This document shows positions 45,481 through 60,191 of a stretch of DNA of 64,000 bases, piece by piece; within the stretch, counting starts at the first letter, position 1, and each line of letters begins with the position of its first letter. Under the pieces are notes generated by a model. That model searched no databases. It saw nothing but the letters and a program-made list of their open reading frames with translations, and was not told where the DNA came from. A program made the translations under genes and the position numbers. This stretch comes from the human T2T-CHM13v2.0 reference genome, Homo sapiens: the NCBI RefSeq assembly GCF_009914755.1, contig NC_060935.1; one strand, given 5' to 3'.

Positions 45481-45776
45481 TATTATTATTTTGAGACAAG
45501 GTCTCACTCTTTCACCCAGGTTGGAGTGCAGTGGCACGATCTTGGCTCCCTAGAACCTTTGCTTCCTGGGTTCATGCAATCCTCCTACCTCAGCCCCCTG
45601 AATATCTGGGACCACAGGTGCATGCCACCACACCCAGCTAATTTTTTTTAACTTCTTGTAGAGATGGAGTTTCTCCATATTGCTCAGGCTGGTCTCAAAT
45701 TCCTGAGCTGAAGCAATCCGCCTGCCTCGACCTCCCAAAGTGCTGGGATTACAGATGTGAGCCACCACACCTGGCC
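45481..45776 (-). mobile_element. Alu (AluJ-like)
   Basis: Reverse Alu dimer. Confidence 0.9.
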
Positions 45777-46021
45777 ATATTTGTAATTGTTGAAAGGATA
45801 ACAAGCCTCCAAGCTTCAAAGAACTAAATGTCTAATGATGGAATCCCAGACATGATGAAAGGCACCCTAACCGTGATGGAGAACATAGTTGGGGCTGCAG
45901 GGCTTCCATATATCCAGCAAACTTGAGACTAGCAGGAGCAGTATACTCCGACAGATGTGGAAAAGCCTGCATACATCCTGACAGAAGCCCTCCTTTCCCA
46001 ACAGAAGTAGAAGGCATTCAC

Positions 46022-46154
46022 CTCTGAAGAGGAATGTAAATCTTTCATAGGATCTTCATAAACGACATCAATGTGGTTGGGGAAATCAGCCCAAAATGAA
46101 TGGATTAGCAATATCGCCTCTTCAGGGAACTGGAAAAGGTCAGACCAGAAAAAT
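46022..46154 (-). pseudogene. MMP13-like pseudogene exon 7
   Basis: FFWSDLFQFPEEAILLIHSFWADFPNHIDVVYEDPMKDL(-1)FLFR|gt; 133 nt vs 134. Confidence 0.93.
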
Positions 46155-47239
46155 CTAATCTTTATAAAGCAAGATTATGTAATTAGATTGTATCAATTAG
46201 AGACGAGAGATCATCTCATAGAAGTCTGCAAGAGCAAAACTCTTTTTTAAAATTTTCTTAACGTCTATTAAATTTGGCACAAGAAAAGCCAAAATATAGG
46301 AATACTTGCACCATCATCAGGAGAAGTCTGCTGGGGTCTGGGAGATCCACAGCACCAGGCCTGAATAAGCATCTGTGGGGCAGTGCTTAACATAGTGAAA
46401 GAATGCACAGCCTTGGGTCAGAGAGACATGGTTCAATTTCAGACTCCATCACTTAACAGGCTGAGTGGCCTTTCATCCATTCTTTCATCCGGTGAATATT
46501 TATTAAGAGCCAACCATATGCCTAGAACTGTTGTAGGCACTGAGGATATAGCAGAGAGCAAACCACATCAAGATCCTGGTTAACATGAGGCTAACACTCT
46601 AGCAGGGAGGGAGAGATACAATTACTAGAGAAATACATAGTATTTTCCTAAGGAGAAAACTAGAGTAAGGAAGAGGAGAGGGAGTAGGAAGATCAGGGTG
46701 GTCAGGGAAATGTTGCAATTTATATATGGAGGCCAGGGAGGACCTGGCTGAGGAAGTGATATTTGAGTAAAGACCTGAGGGAGGTGAAGGGGTGAGCTAC
46801 GCAGCTGTCTGGAGGAGGAATGCTCTAGGCCCATCCCACTGGGCACTGCTATAAGCACAGGGGATATAGAGTGATCAATCTAGACAAGGACTCTTACGTC
46901 TTAGAAAGAAGATAAAAGAGACATTGAAAAAGGCAATTTTGGGAGAGTTGTAGGTGTCATTAAGAACATAAAGTTAAATGATTCTGTAGAGCGATTGGAG
47001 CCAGGGTGAGGAGGGTGAACACTTTCAATCAAATGTCAAAGAGGGCCTCTCTAATGAGAAATATTTAAGACTGGGACCTGAAGGAGAAGAAAGGTCCAGC
47101 CACGTAAATGTCTTGGAGAAAGGCGTTAGTCTAGGCAAAATGAGCACAGCACAAAGGAACAGGGTGAAAACAAGCTTCCTGTCCGGGAATGGAAACAAAT
47201 TGTGCTGGAGCATACAGTATTAGGTCCAAAATTAGACAT

Positions 47240-47348
47240 CTGTGTCCTAAAGACAACTTTTCCCCTCGTAACTGTGTGATGGTATCAAGTATAAAGTCTG
47301 GATCACATTTTTCTGGAATGTGACTGTTGGGTGATCTCTGTCTTGGAC
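47240..47348 (-). pseudogene. MMP13-like pseudogene exon 6 (hinge)
   Basis: GPRQRSPNSHIPEKCDPDFILDTITQLRGEKLSLGHR; 109 nt (3 codons shorter than MMP13); donor apparently GT>AT. Confidence 0.9.
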
Positions 47349-47775
47349 CTAAAAGTAAGAAAATAGTGACCCAACATAGCCTCTTGATTTGCTTCAAGCT
47401 GTCTCTGATTAATAATCATTAGCATTCTAGTTATAATGTCTAAATGAAACGTAAGAAGAAAAAGACTTCAGACCATATTTCAAGGAAGGATGGGAAATTT
47501 CTGTGATCAAATAAGTTTGGGAGATACTGGATTTAAAAACCATGAGGGAGTCTCTTTCCTGGGGGACTTCCGAGAGCTTCATGACATCCTGAGAATATAA
47601 GAGAGGTAGAGCTTGCAGTGATTCTCTTAAGTTATTTGAACCTGGAACAATTGTCAGGTTGCTTCTTGTCATACTGGAGTTTCACAGCACACAGACTTGG
47701 GGTAAACCTCTTTTAGGGAATTAGCAAGGCAAATGAATACTTCTAGAAAAAGAAGAAAAACAAACTTAAGCAAAG

Positions 47776-47937
47776 CATAGAGAATCTAGATGCCTTTGAC
47801 ATCATCCTCAGAGAGCATCATTTTCTCTTGCTAGGGTGGTTGTAGAATGGGGTACATCAGAGCCTCAGGGGCATTGGAGTGATGGAGGCCCAAGGCATGG
47901 CCAAATTCATGTGAAGCCACAGCAAACACATTAAAGT
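47776..47937 (-). pseudogene. MMP13-like pseudogene exon 5 (zinc-binding motif)
   Basis: [30 protein letters not shown]...MMLSEDDVKGI*ILY; 162 nt; TAG at 47831-33 and 47786-88; donor GT>CT. Confidence 0.96.
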
Positions 47938-48257
47938 CTACAAGGAAAGATGTTGATGACTTAGGTAAATGCCCTCCAAAATCAGAGTTCTCCTAAAGGA
48001 TTTTGTTAGATTGATTCTTCAAGGCTTATTAATTACATCCCTCCTCTATAGCATATTTAAGGAAGAAGGACAAAGCCAAAACCTGTAGGGATACCATCCT
48101 CAGTGGCACGATGCCTAAGGGTGCATGTTGGAGCCACCGAGAGTCCATCATTGATTCTGCTTGCCCTTTGACTCCTCAGTTGCTAGGCAGTAATGGATAA
48201 GAGAAAAATTATGATTATGGCCACTTTACTTTTAGGAAAACAAATACAATATATAGG

Positions 48258-49012
48258 TGATACAGACAGAAGGCAGGGAAATACTGGTTAGAAGAGGGTA
48301 GTGCCCAGCGAGGGCCCCACCCTCAAGCCTGGACCCATGGCCCAAAGTGAGAACTTTACATCCCTGTTTTCCCACTTGAATGTTGCCGTTTCCAAAACCA
48401 CCCTGGCCCACCCCACCCCCAATCTTGTACCCATAAAAACCCCAGGCTCCACTGGCAGTGAAGTGGCAGAAAAGGAGAGAAAAGCAGCAGCTCAATCGGC
48501 GAGAATTAGCCTGACTTCAGAGAGACGGCTTGACTGCAGGACCTCGGAGAAGAGTTTGGCTCAGGATGGCTGAACTCCAGGGGAAGACCCGCTTTCCAGC
48601 TCTCCATCCCACTGAGAGCCACTTCCGTTGGCAATAAAATCCCCCACATTTACGACCTTCAATTTGTTCATGCAACCTAAATCTTCCGGGATACCAGATA
48701 AGAGCTCGGGATACAGAGGGCTGCCATATTGAGTTGTTAAATACTTAAGCCATCCCTGGATGGCAAAGCTAAAAGAGCACACTGGAACACACACCCTCTG
48801 GGGGTCGGGGGTTGCGGGTACTCCCCCGCCCCCATGCTGCCGAGGGCCTGCACAGAGTTCTGCTACTGCCGGCGCCCAGAAGCACTCATCCCGGCCCCTC
48901 CACCCACTCTGCCTGCTCCCCTTCCTGCAAGGGGTTGAGAGCTGCCGACTGAGTAAACAAGTCACCCCTTCCGTGACTCGTGGGAAGGGGTGAGGGAAAA
49001 TTTCCTGGTTCA
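48258..49012 (+). mobile_element. ERV1 solo LTR (LTR1/LTR27/LTR28-like) in pseudogene intron 4
   Basis: TG...CA termini, 4-bp TSD TAGG (48254-57, 49013-16), internal AATAAA. Confidence 0.85.
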
Positions 49013-49044
49013 TAGGCACAACACAACTGTTAACGTTATTTTTA

Positions 49045-49082
49045 ATGGAAAAATCCACAGTTACTTTTGCACCAATCTAATA
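49045..49082. mobile_element. MADE1 (mariner) fragment
   Basis: ttacttttgcaccaatctaata TIR. Confidence 0.7.
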
Positions 49083-50282
49083 TTATGTCTAAAATTCTAA
49101 CTAGCTTGGGATGTGTAAAACAAATAGCAGAACTGGTAATGAAATATAGGCCTTGAAACCAGACATACCACTGTTTCCTCATAGTGAAGTGAGGATAAGA
49201 AAACTAGTCTTATAGGGTTAGTGTGAGAATACAATTGTGAAGCACTTGGCACATTATAAGAGCTCAGTAACTGCAGTAGCAATGAGCTTTTGTTGTTGTT
49301 TACATTATTCATATCAGAGCACCTGGAAAATGGGAAACGCTCAATGTGTGGTAGCTAAAAGGATTAAATTCTGAATTAATGATAATGGAGTTTGTTCAAA
49401 GTTTATTTTCGCACTGTGAAAACAGTTGCTGATTCTCCAGCAATAATAGATAGACACACAAGAGAAATTCAAATCTGAGGCTTTAGGTTGTTTCTAAGTA
49501 TTTAGCAATATTCACATAAAAACAATAAAAATGTCAATTACAATAATCCTTATTGATTCAGCAAGCCATCAGGCAGAAAATATTTGGCAAACATAGGTAT
49601 TATATATAATTGATACACACACACACACTCTTTCTTAATTCCACATTTGCCCGACTTTGGGGAATTTTTACAGAAAGCTTTTCTACTGTTCATTAGGTTA
49701 CTATGAGAAACATTTTGTATGTCAGCTTATAGTCAGAATGACACTTTTGTCCCTAATAAAAAAGTAGAGACATTGTAGATAGATACTTAATGTCTGTGTT
49801 ACCTACCTCTTAGTATAACATTTAGTCAAAATGTCAGTAAAGAATAGGAATATAAAATAAAGCAGTCAAACATGAAATAAAGACTATTGTCATATCTGAA
49901 TGTATGACAATATGTTTTGTTTGTGAATCACTGTAAATAGTTTCACCACACTGCAATTTAAATGATTGACAATTGGTAAACTCTGTTACACTTTCTTCAA
50001 CCACTGAGGGAAAAAAACTGGGTCAAGTCAAACCTTATAATGTTACCACACAATTCCCATGGTGTTAGCTTAACCCTCCAGGACCTCAAAAAGCATTTTG
50101 TTTGACTCTGTTTTGTTGCCTTAATTGCCATTTAGGGATATAAGCTAGAAATCCCAATATTTTGACCACTTATGTACATAAACTGGACAAAGCAATTTTC
50201 TCTGTAAAGGGAGATTTCTGTAACTTTGACCACTCTTCAAGTTCAATGACCACATTAAATCCTGAAGAATATTCATCTTTGC

Positions 50283-50408
50283 CTTTGGAATCATTTGTCC
50301 AGACTTCATCATCATCTAAGTAAACATCACCTTCAGACCCTTACCAGGAGAAAAGGCATGAGCTGGCTGTCTAAAAGGGCCCATCAAATGGGGAGAAATC
50401 ACCATGTT
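50283..50408 (-). pseudogene. MMP13-like pseudogene exon 4
   Basis: EHGDFSPFDGPF(+1)RQPAHAFSPGKG(-1)EGDVYLDDDEVWTNDSK; 126 nt; GC donor. Confidence 0.95.
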
Positions 50409-50536
50409 CTAAAAGGGAAGGAACTCAGAAAATAACTGGGAAAATCATCAAGACAATAACAAAGCCTATCACTTCACAGAGAGGGTATTCAAAAATGGGA
50501 AATCTTCAATAAAGAAAATCGTTTCTTCGTTATTAT

Positions 50537-50685
50537 CTCTGCTTCCAAAGAAGATCATGATGTCAGCAGTGTCCCAGAAAAGTCTATTGAAATGAAGTAG
50601 GGTCTCATCACTCCAAACCTTGAATGCTGCTTGGACGGTAAGGTCCACAGTTTCAGAGGGTAAATCTGGCATGTAATTCACTATT
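50537..50685 (-). pseudogene. MMP13-like pseudogene exon 3
   Basis: IVNYMPDLPSETVDLTVQAAFKVWSDETLLHFNRLFWDTADIMIFFGSR; 149 nt, open frame; donor GT>AT. Confidence 0.96.
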
Positions 50686-51853
50686 CTGACCGACATACAT
50701 ACACATGAGAGGCATTTCAGTAAGCCTCAAATATGACATTTTAAATATTGTTGTATTTTAAAAAATAAATTCTTTTGATGATTATTTTTGTTCCTTAGGG
50801 AATCAGAAATCTAAGGTACACCATGGTATATTAAAGTTTCTTTAGAGACAGCCTTATTTTTTCTGTATTTATGAGTGTTCTTGGTTTAAAAAAAACTAAA
50901 CTGTTCTAAAATCACCCAAGGTTGAAAAACTTAATAAGACATTAATCATTTTAAATAAGGTTGTAAAATTCCATTTATTATAAAATGTTTATCTTTTAAA
51001 TTATATTGAAGTACAAGGCAAGAGATAATTGAGTACAACTAATAAATTAACATTCAGCCTGTGCTATAGACCAACTAGTGATATACTGAAAGGTTGAACT
51101 GGTGTTGCCAGAGTTCTTAGACACAACATTAAAAAAAATATTGTTATAAAAAAGGTAAAAGGATCATTAAGTTCATAAACCCTTAGAAAGAATTAGCTTT
51201 CACTCTCTTTGATTTGCTTTTTGAGTAAAATTAAGCATTAACACAGAAAGACTTTGAAGTGTATCCTTTCTCCAACATTTTGCTAAATGAGTTTTACGCA
51301 CACTATATAAAATATTCAAATCTATTAGCAGCCTTTAAATCAATAGATTTTTCTTTAAAAGACATTCACTAGTAGAGAAATATCTTTCAGATGTACTTGA
51401 AGTTGAGTGCAAAAATGTTTCTTATTCATCTGTATATCCCTAGAGATTAGCCCTAGGCCTGTTGCATATTAGGCACTGTATTAAAATGTGCTGAATGGAT
51501 GAACAAATGAATAAATAAATGGAGACAAAGGAAAGGCTCAAGAAGATTATCTACAGATTTTTTTTTTGTTAGAATTAGCTCATGTCTTAATCCTTCACTT
51601 CATTTGAGTTGTTATTTAGAATCTCACTTGAGAAAGAATCAGCTCCACTCAATGATATGGGCTAATATTTGTTGATTCTGAACTTTCTAAATTTGGAAGA
51701 TGATTTGTTGTACCAAGCTACCACAGTAAAGAGACAACTAATTTTAGCTTTTTCCTAAAGTTCAATTCTCGTTGATAATTATTACACAATAAAAAAAAAT
51801 AAAACCATTAGTACTTTATCATATTTTGTAATTTAAAATTTTTATTTTAGAGG

Positions 51854-54123
<2,270 letters not shown>

Positions 54124-54520
54124 GAAATTTAAAGGGTATTTTAAGCCACCTAGAAATGACTTAGTAACTGAGGATTCAAGTAAGAGAGATAAAGCCTGAT
54201 ATGGAATACGCAGAAGTGATTTGAGGATGATATAGACTTGTAGATCCTCCAAACACCTCCAGAGATCATCAAGCTTAATTCCTTTATATTACATTGAAAA
54301 ACAGTTCAAAGACATTGAGAAGCTTCCTTAAAATTGCACAAAGTGATAAACTTGGTGCTGGAATTAGAGCCTTAGCCACCTGGCTAGGATAGCCCAGAAT
54401 ACTCTGTATTATCCCAAACTACTTCTTAACACGTAAAGATGTGATCTGCAAAAGTGAACCCTGCCAGCTATAGCAACATTACACATTGCATAGAGAAAAA
54501 ATTATGAGCGACACGTTCAC

Positions 54521-54762
54521 CTGTGTGTCAGGATACCAGTTAGCTGCTTCATTTTCTTAGGGAAAAAAATTATACTCCACTGCGTCAGGAGTTTCACACT
54601 TTGGCTGCGTCACCAGGGCTAAAGTTTCAGCATCCAGTTGGCCATTTGATTCTAGACCAAAGAAGGCCTGCCATATGCTGGGGTCTGTTCTGCAGGAGCT
54701 TGGAGTTTCTCCTCTCCTCTGTGTTGATCTCAAAGGAAGTTGATAAAAGGCTTTCAAATATG
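54521..54762 (-). pseudogene. MMP13-like pseudogene exon 2 (propeptide)
   Basis: YLKAFY...QAFFGLESNGQLDAETLALVTQPKCETPDAVEYNFFP(+1 fs)KKMKQLTGILTHR|gt; 242 nt; preceding intron 85 nt vs 92 nt in MMP13. Confidence 0.93.
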
Positions 54763-54847
54763 CTAGAAAGATAGCACACAATCATCACCGTTAAATGAAA
54801 AAACTACATGCTCAATTAGGGAAACACCAACAGGAAGGACCTGTTAC

Positions 54848-54996
54848 CTCTGCAAGATGGAATTTCACTCCACATTGGTTAGGATATCTCATTCTCTAGA
54901 AGTACATAAGGGAACTGGTAGCAGCCAGCAGACAATGAGATTCCAGAGCACAGAGGCAATTTTCTCTGCCACTCGGTGGTCTGCAGATACCTTCAT
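54848..54996 (-). pseudogene. MMP13-like pseudogene exon 1 (signal peptide remnant)
   Basis: ATG...ASVLWNLIVCWLLPVP (cf. [11 protein letters not shown]), two TGA stops, ends CTTGCAGAG|gtaaca like MMP13 TTTGCAGAG|gtag; the start codon is tentative. Confidence 0.75.
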
Positions 54997-55050
54997 TTGG
55001 AGGTGAGTGTTTGGAGGGTGATAATTTGGGCATCTGCCTCACTGAGATGC

Positions 55051-55057
55051 TTTTATA
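55051..55057 (-). promoter_or_regulatory. Fossil TATA box of the pseudogene
   Basis: CCTATAAAAG, the same 10-mer as the MMP13 TATA box, at a near-identical distance (about 55 nt) from the ATG. Confidence 0.7.
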
Positions 55058-55298
55058 GGGTTAAAGGGGTTGGCACAAGATTCATTTCTTATCCTTACTT
55101 TATTGGCACTACTTTTTGTTCAAGTACAGAGCAAGTATAACACACTCTTTTATCCAAAGTAAAAGTTTTTATAGGTAAAAACAAAGGCTTCATTCCTTGG
55201 TTAATGTCCTTAAATGTAGAATGTAAGTTTTGCCTTTTTGAGGATTTCATCTGTAAAATTGACTAGCAGCAGGCAGCTTGTAATTTGTCCCTTGACAT

Positions 55299-55438
55299 GG
55301 AAGGAAGAAAGACAGGGAGGAAGAGAAGGGAGGAGGGAGGGAGAGAGGAATGGAGGAAGGGAGAGAGCAAAGGAGGGAGGGAGGGGAGGAATAGAAAAAG
55401 AAAGAGGAAGGGAGCAAGGGAGACGGGTGAGGAAGGAA
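55299..55438 (+). repeat. GA-rich (GGAA/GGGA) low-complexity tract
   Basis: Direct reading. Confidence 0.9.
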
Positions 55439-57310
55439 GTGACATTTATTAGGAAGTCACTGACGGGCCAGGCACTGTCCTTGTGTTTTCACTCTTATTT
55501 ACTACAGTGAGTCTGTCCCAGACACCTAGATACGGATATGTGCAGAACTAGACAGGGCTATAAGACTAGGCAGAATTTCCCCCAAAGAGTCATGACCCAA
55601 GGGCCTTTGCTATGAGTTTGCCTCAGTGTGGGAACCCATCTAATTACCTTGCTGCCAGGACCATTTTAATCATTAGTCTAATCCCAAATGGGATAATATA
55701 ATCCAGATGTAGGAATTCAGTCATTGCCTGGTAAAGCATCATTGAGGATTTGTGTTAAAATTTTTCAAAACCAAAATTATTTCCCAACTTTCCAAAACAT
55801 TGGCAAACAGAAATGATTAGGCAGATTGGACTCCCTCTTGTACAAATATGCAAGTTGATGAATCTGATCAAGCAAGGGGTAGAATTTGATCCATCCTTCC
55901 TCCAGGGGGAAATGCTTTACACATTTTGGAAAGTCCTACACCTGTCAGTTTGTGCTGACTTCAGAGTGCTTTCAGCTTGAAGATGTTAGAACATTGCATA
56001 ACTGGTAGAAATTGAGACATTTATGTTAATTTTCATTTGCTCCCAGGGTATTTTGTCATATCCAAATTAAATTAATGACTTTGAATCTGTTTGCTCTACC
56101 ATTACTCATTTTCTAGAAAATCCAGTCACTTGATGGGGTTTGAGGCACATCACAATCCAAAAACTAAAATGAAGCCCCTCGGAACTTAAGCACTAACTCA
56201 AGAAATGGGTCCCAGAAACCGCTGGTGACCAAAGATAGTTTCCCAATGAGATCTAAGTAAGCTTATTCATTTTCAACCTATTTTCTGTTGTCCCAAGTGG
56301 TGGGACATGTGCACATGTCTTTGAACTGCACAGGGCACCAGCTGTCGTTCTACCTCTTTCTCTCTAAGAAAACATACTAGAAAGGAGTGAGAGTGACTTT
56401 ATAAAAACAAAACAAAACAAAACAAAAAACTAGAATCTGAAATGAATGTTAAAATGTAAATTACTAAGATAAGTCAGCACTTTGTTATTATTTATCATAA
56501 CTAAACTTACACAATTAGTGGAGACACTTTATTGAATTATGATAGCAGATTAGAAGATTTTCCAAAAATGTAAAGCATGAACATGGTAGTATTGAAATTA
56601 ATACAGAAAACTCGATGTACTAAATATTCATCTGTAGATGAACTAAAGACTACGAAAGTGAACATAAAGTACTTTCTTTGAAAGCAAAACTACAGTGAAA
56701 AAATTGCAATCCCAGCTGGGATAGGTTAATTTAAAAGATACCTGTGCCAGGCATGGTGGCTTATGCCTGTAATCACAGATAGCAATTTGAGACCAGCTTC
56801 AGCAACATAGCAAGACCCAGTCTCAACTAAAATAAATAAATAGAGATGTCTTCAAAGTTATGAAATAAATAGTGGTGTTATTTTAAGCTCAGAGTATCAG
56901 AGGAAACTATCTGGAGTCAGCTTATAGCTATCTCCTCAATTGTTCCCAAACTGGTATAGAATCAGAAAGAGCTGTTTCAGCACTGGAAAGTTTATCAGTT
57001 TTCATGACTCAGGAATAAAATCTTTGAATTGATTTGTTTTTTAAAATAAGCATTTAAAAATAATCTAACAATATTATTTTATTTTAATTTTTTATAACTG
57101 ATTCCATTTTCTTCATGTTATACTTTTCTTATTTTAATAATACCTTTTAACAAGTAATTTTAAGAAATATATTACATATTTAACAAATGTAGAAAGATAG
57201 AAAGATAATACACATTTAACAAATTATTGAGAAAGATAATACATATTTAACAAATGTTTGTAAATTTGATATTCTATAATGCACTCATATTTTTTATTTG
57301 CAATGCATTA

Positions 57311-57910
<600 letters not shown>

Positions 57911-58579
57911 CTAGCATGCTCTCCCTGGGTTATCTGGTCTGTAAGGGAGGAAAAAGTAACACAGCAGGCCTAAGAGAACCATCCTTTAAAATCACCCTAG
58001 CCCTTCACTCTGCCTTCAAATAAACTAAGAAAAGTCCTGCTCTTGATTATCATATATTTAATACATTTCTCTCAATGGCAGAGAATGTATAGATTATTGG
58101 ATATGATTCTTTAATAATCATATTTTTGCCTAGCAGTGTGTTTTTCGATCCAAATGACCATTGGAGCACTGATTTGTCAGTTTCTTATAAATAGCTCTGG
58201 TCTATATTGAATTGCCATGATCTAAAGATGATATTTAGGGTAAAGGATATTAGAGTGCTAGAGATATAAGAGGACAAATGGTGCTAACCTAGTTGAGCTG
58301 TGTAACTTCTCTGCCATCCTAGACCAGACTAACCCCGATTACCTGTTACAAAGTGCTTTTATCTGCTCTTTGCTTCATAATATAAATGCAATTGCCTTTT
58401 TTGATACATACATATTTGAGTCCCAGGAAAAGGCATATAGCAGTATGACACAAGCAAGTCTCTAATCAGAATATATATAGAGGCTAACATATATAGAGGA
58501 GGCTCTAGAGATTTATTTTTAATTGTCTGTCTGAAGAGAATTCTCTGCAAACCTAACCTCCTTATAACTGTTTTTTCTG

Positions 58580-59030
58580 TGAGTCACATATTACTTACAA
58601 TTATTTTTTAACTCTTGAATTTATGAAGTCAGTGCTCAAAGATTACTTGATTAATGGATGGATTAAACAGAAAATCACCTAGACCCAAATCCAGTTTAAA
58701 CAGTAAGAAGCCTCATCCAATTAAAATATTAGTAAGCTAAATATTATTATACCATTAACATTAATACATACAATTTCAAGGAGCTGTTTACAATCTTTTT
58801 TACATTGATAAGATTTTAAGGTACAAAAGAGTCACTGAATAATGTGAGTCATGTTCTCTGGCTTCAACTCTAGACAATATTTGTGGCCTACATTAAATTA
58901 AAATATAAACGATAAGGAGAGTTTGTGAGTCATGCCCTTGAGGCAGGGCGGAGGGTGCTGCATACCTTTAATAAAAGCTTTGAAATTTATTTTGTACGTA
59001 CGAATCACCACTGGATTTTCCACAACCACA
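58580..59030. promoter_or_regulatory. Candidate distal enhancer about 19.3 kb upstream of MMP13 (AP-1 x3, RUNX, NF-kB-like)
   Basis: TGAGTCA at 58580, 58845 and 58926; GGATTTTCC 59013-21; AACCACA 59024-30, in non-repetitive sequence. Confidence 0.7.
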
Positions 59031-59970
59031 AAATAAAAAAGAAAAAAAAACTATAGATAAAAAATAAATAAGTGACTTGTTTCCTTAAAAGTCATTTAAG
59101 GAAGAAAATTCTTAATTCAGATATGCAAAATATTTTCAAAATAATGTAGACTCTTGTGAAAACTCATGTTTTAGGCTATAGGCAATACTAGTCCTTGAGA
59201 TATTGAGTGTCCTCAGTAGAAGAGAATATCTAAAAATGTTAACCAGTGGTATAATGGAAAGAAACACTGAGTTTAATCTTGATGGCATGACTTAAAACCT
59301 GTGTGACTTTGGCAAATTGTTTAACATTTTTCTGAGTTTCATTTTTCTCATCTGTAAACTAGGAATGAAAAATATTTACCTTTAATATCAATATGAGGAA
59401 TAGAGATAATGTAAGTAAAGCAAAAATACCTCACCTGACACAGAGTACGTTCTCAGTAATTTTCATTAGTGTCAGTACTTGCTGCTGGTGTTTATTACTG
59501 AAGATGAGTTAATATTTACTGTGTATTAATTATGCACAGAGTACTTAAAGTTTTAGAAGACATGCAAGAAATAGGAGACATAATCTTTTAGACACAAAAC
59601 AAGGGAAAACAAATGATCAGAATCCTTTTTACCAAGCAGTGGTTCTGTTACACATTCTAATATAAGGCAACAGAAATAATCAAGAGCTAAGGGCAGATGA
59701 GGTAGAAATCAGTGAACTGGGAAACACTTCCTGGAGGTAGTAAATTTTGATTACTTCTGCAGGGATTTCATGAGTGTATAGAGCACCCTTGATATAAGTA
59801 GCTCTATCTTAGAAAAAGACTCAATTTTACATTTCAAAAGCATTATGCCAACAGGGATCAAAGGTTCACCTAATCAATAGAGACTGCACCCAACCAGAGA
59901 AGGATATAACTACACACATTCTTTACTATTAGTACTCACCAGAGGACTCTAGGGCTATTTAGAAAAAAAC

Positions 59971-60191
59971 GGACACAGGAAGGGGAATATCACACTCTGG
60001 GGACTGTGGTGGGGTCGGGGGAGGGGGGAGGGATAGCATTGGGAGATATACCTAATGCTAGATGACACGTTAGTGGGTGCAGCGCACCAGCATGGCACAT
60101 GTATACATATGTAACTAAACTGCACAATGTGCACATGTACCCTAAAACTTAGAGTATAATAAAAAAAAAAAACATTAAAAAAAAAAGAAAA
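59971..60191 (+). mobile_element. 5'-truncated L1HS, pre-Ta subfamily
   Basis: L1 3' UTR with diagnostic ACG (60067-69) and G 85 nt downstream (60152), poly(A) tail, TSD AGAAAAAAACGG at 59961-72 and 60192-203. Confidence 0.9.

Noticed and set aside
56304-56319. Perfect palindrome GACATGTGCACATGTC as a p53 element
   Set aside because: CATG cores are 4 nt apart rather than the 6 nt of adjacent p53 half-sites.
57174-57257. Three spaced copies of ACA(T/C)ATTTAACAAAT
   Set aside because: AT-rich local tandem duplication; no CRISPR-like or functional evidence.
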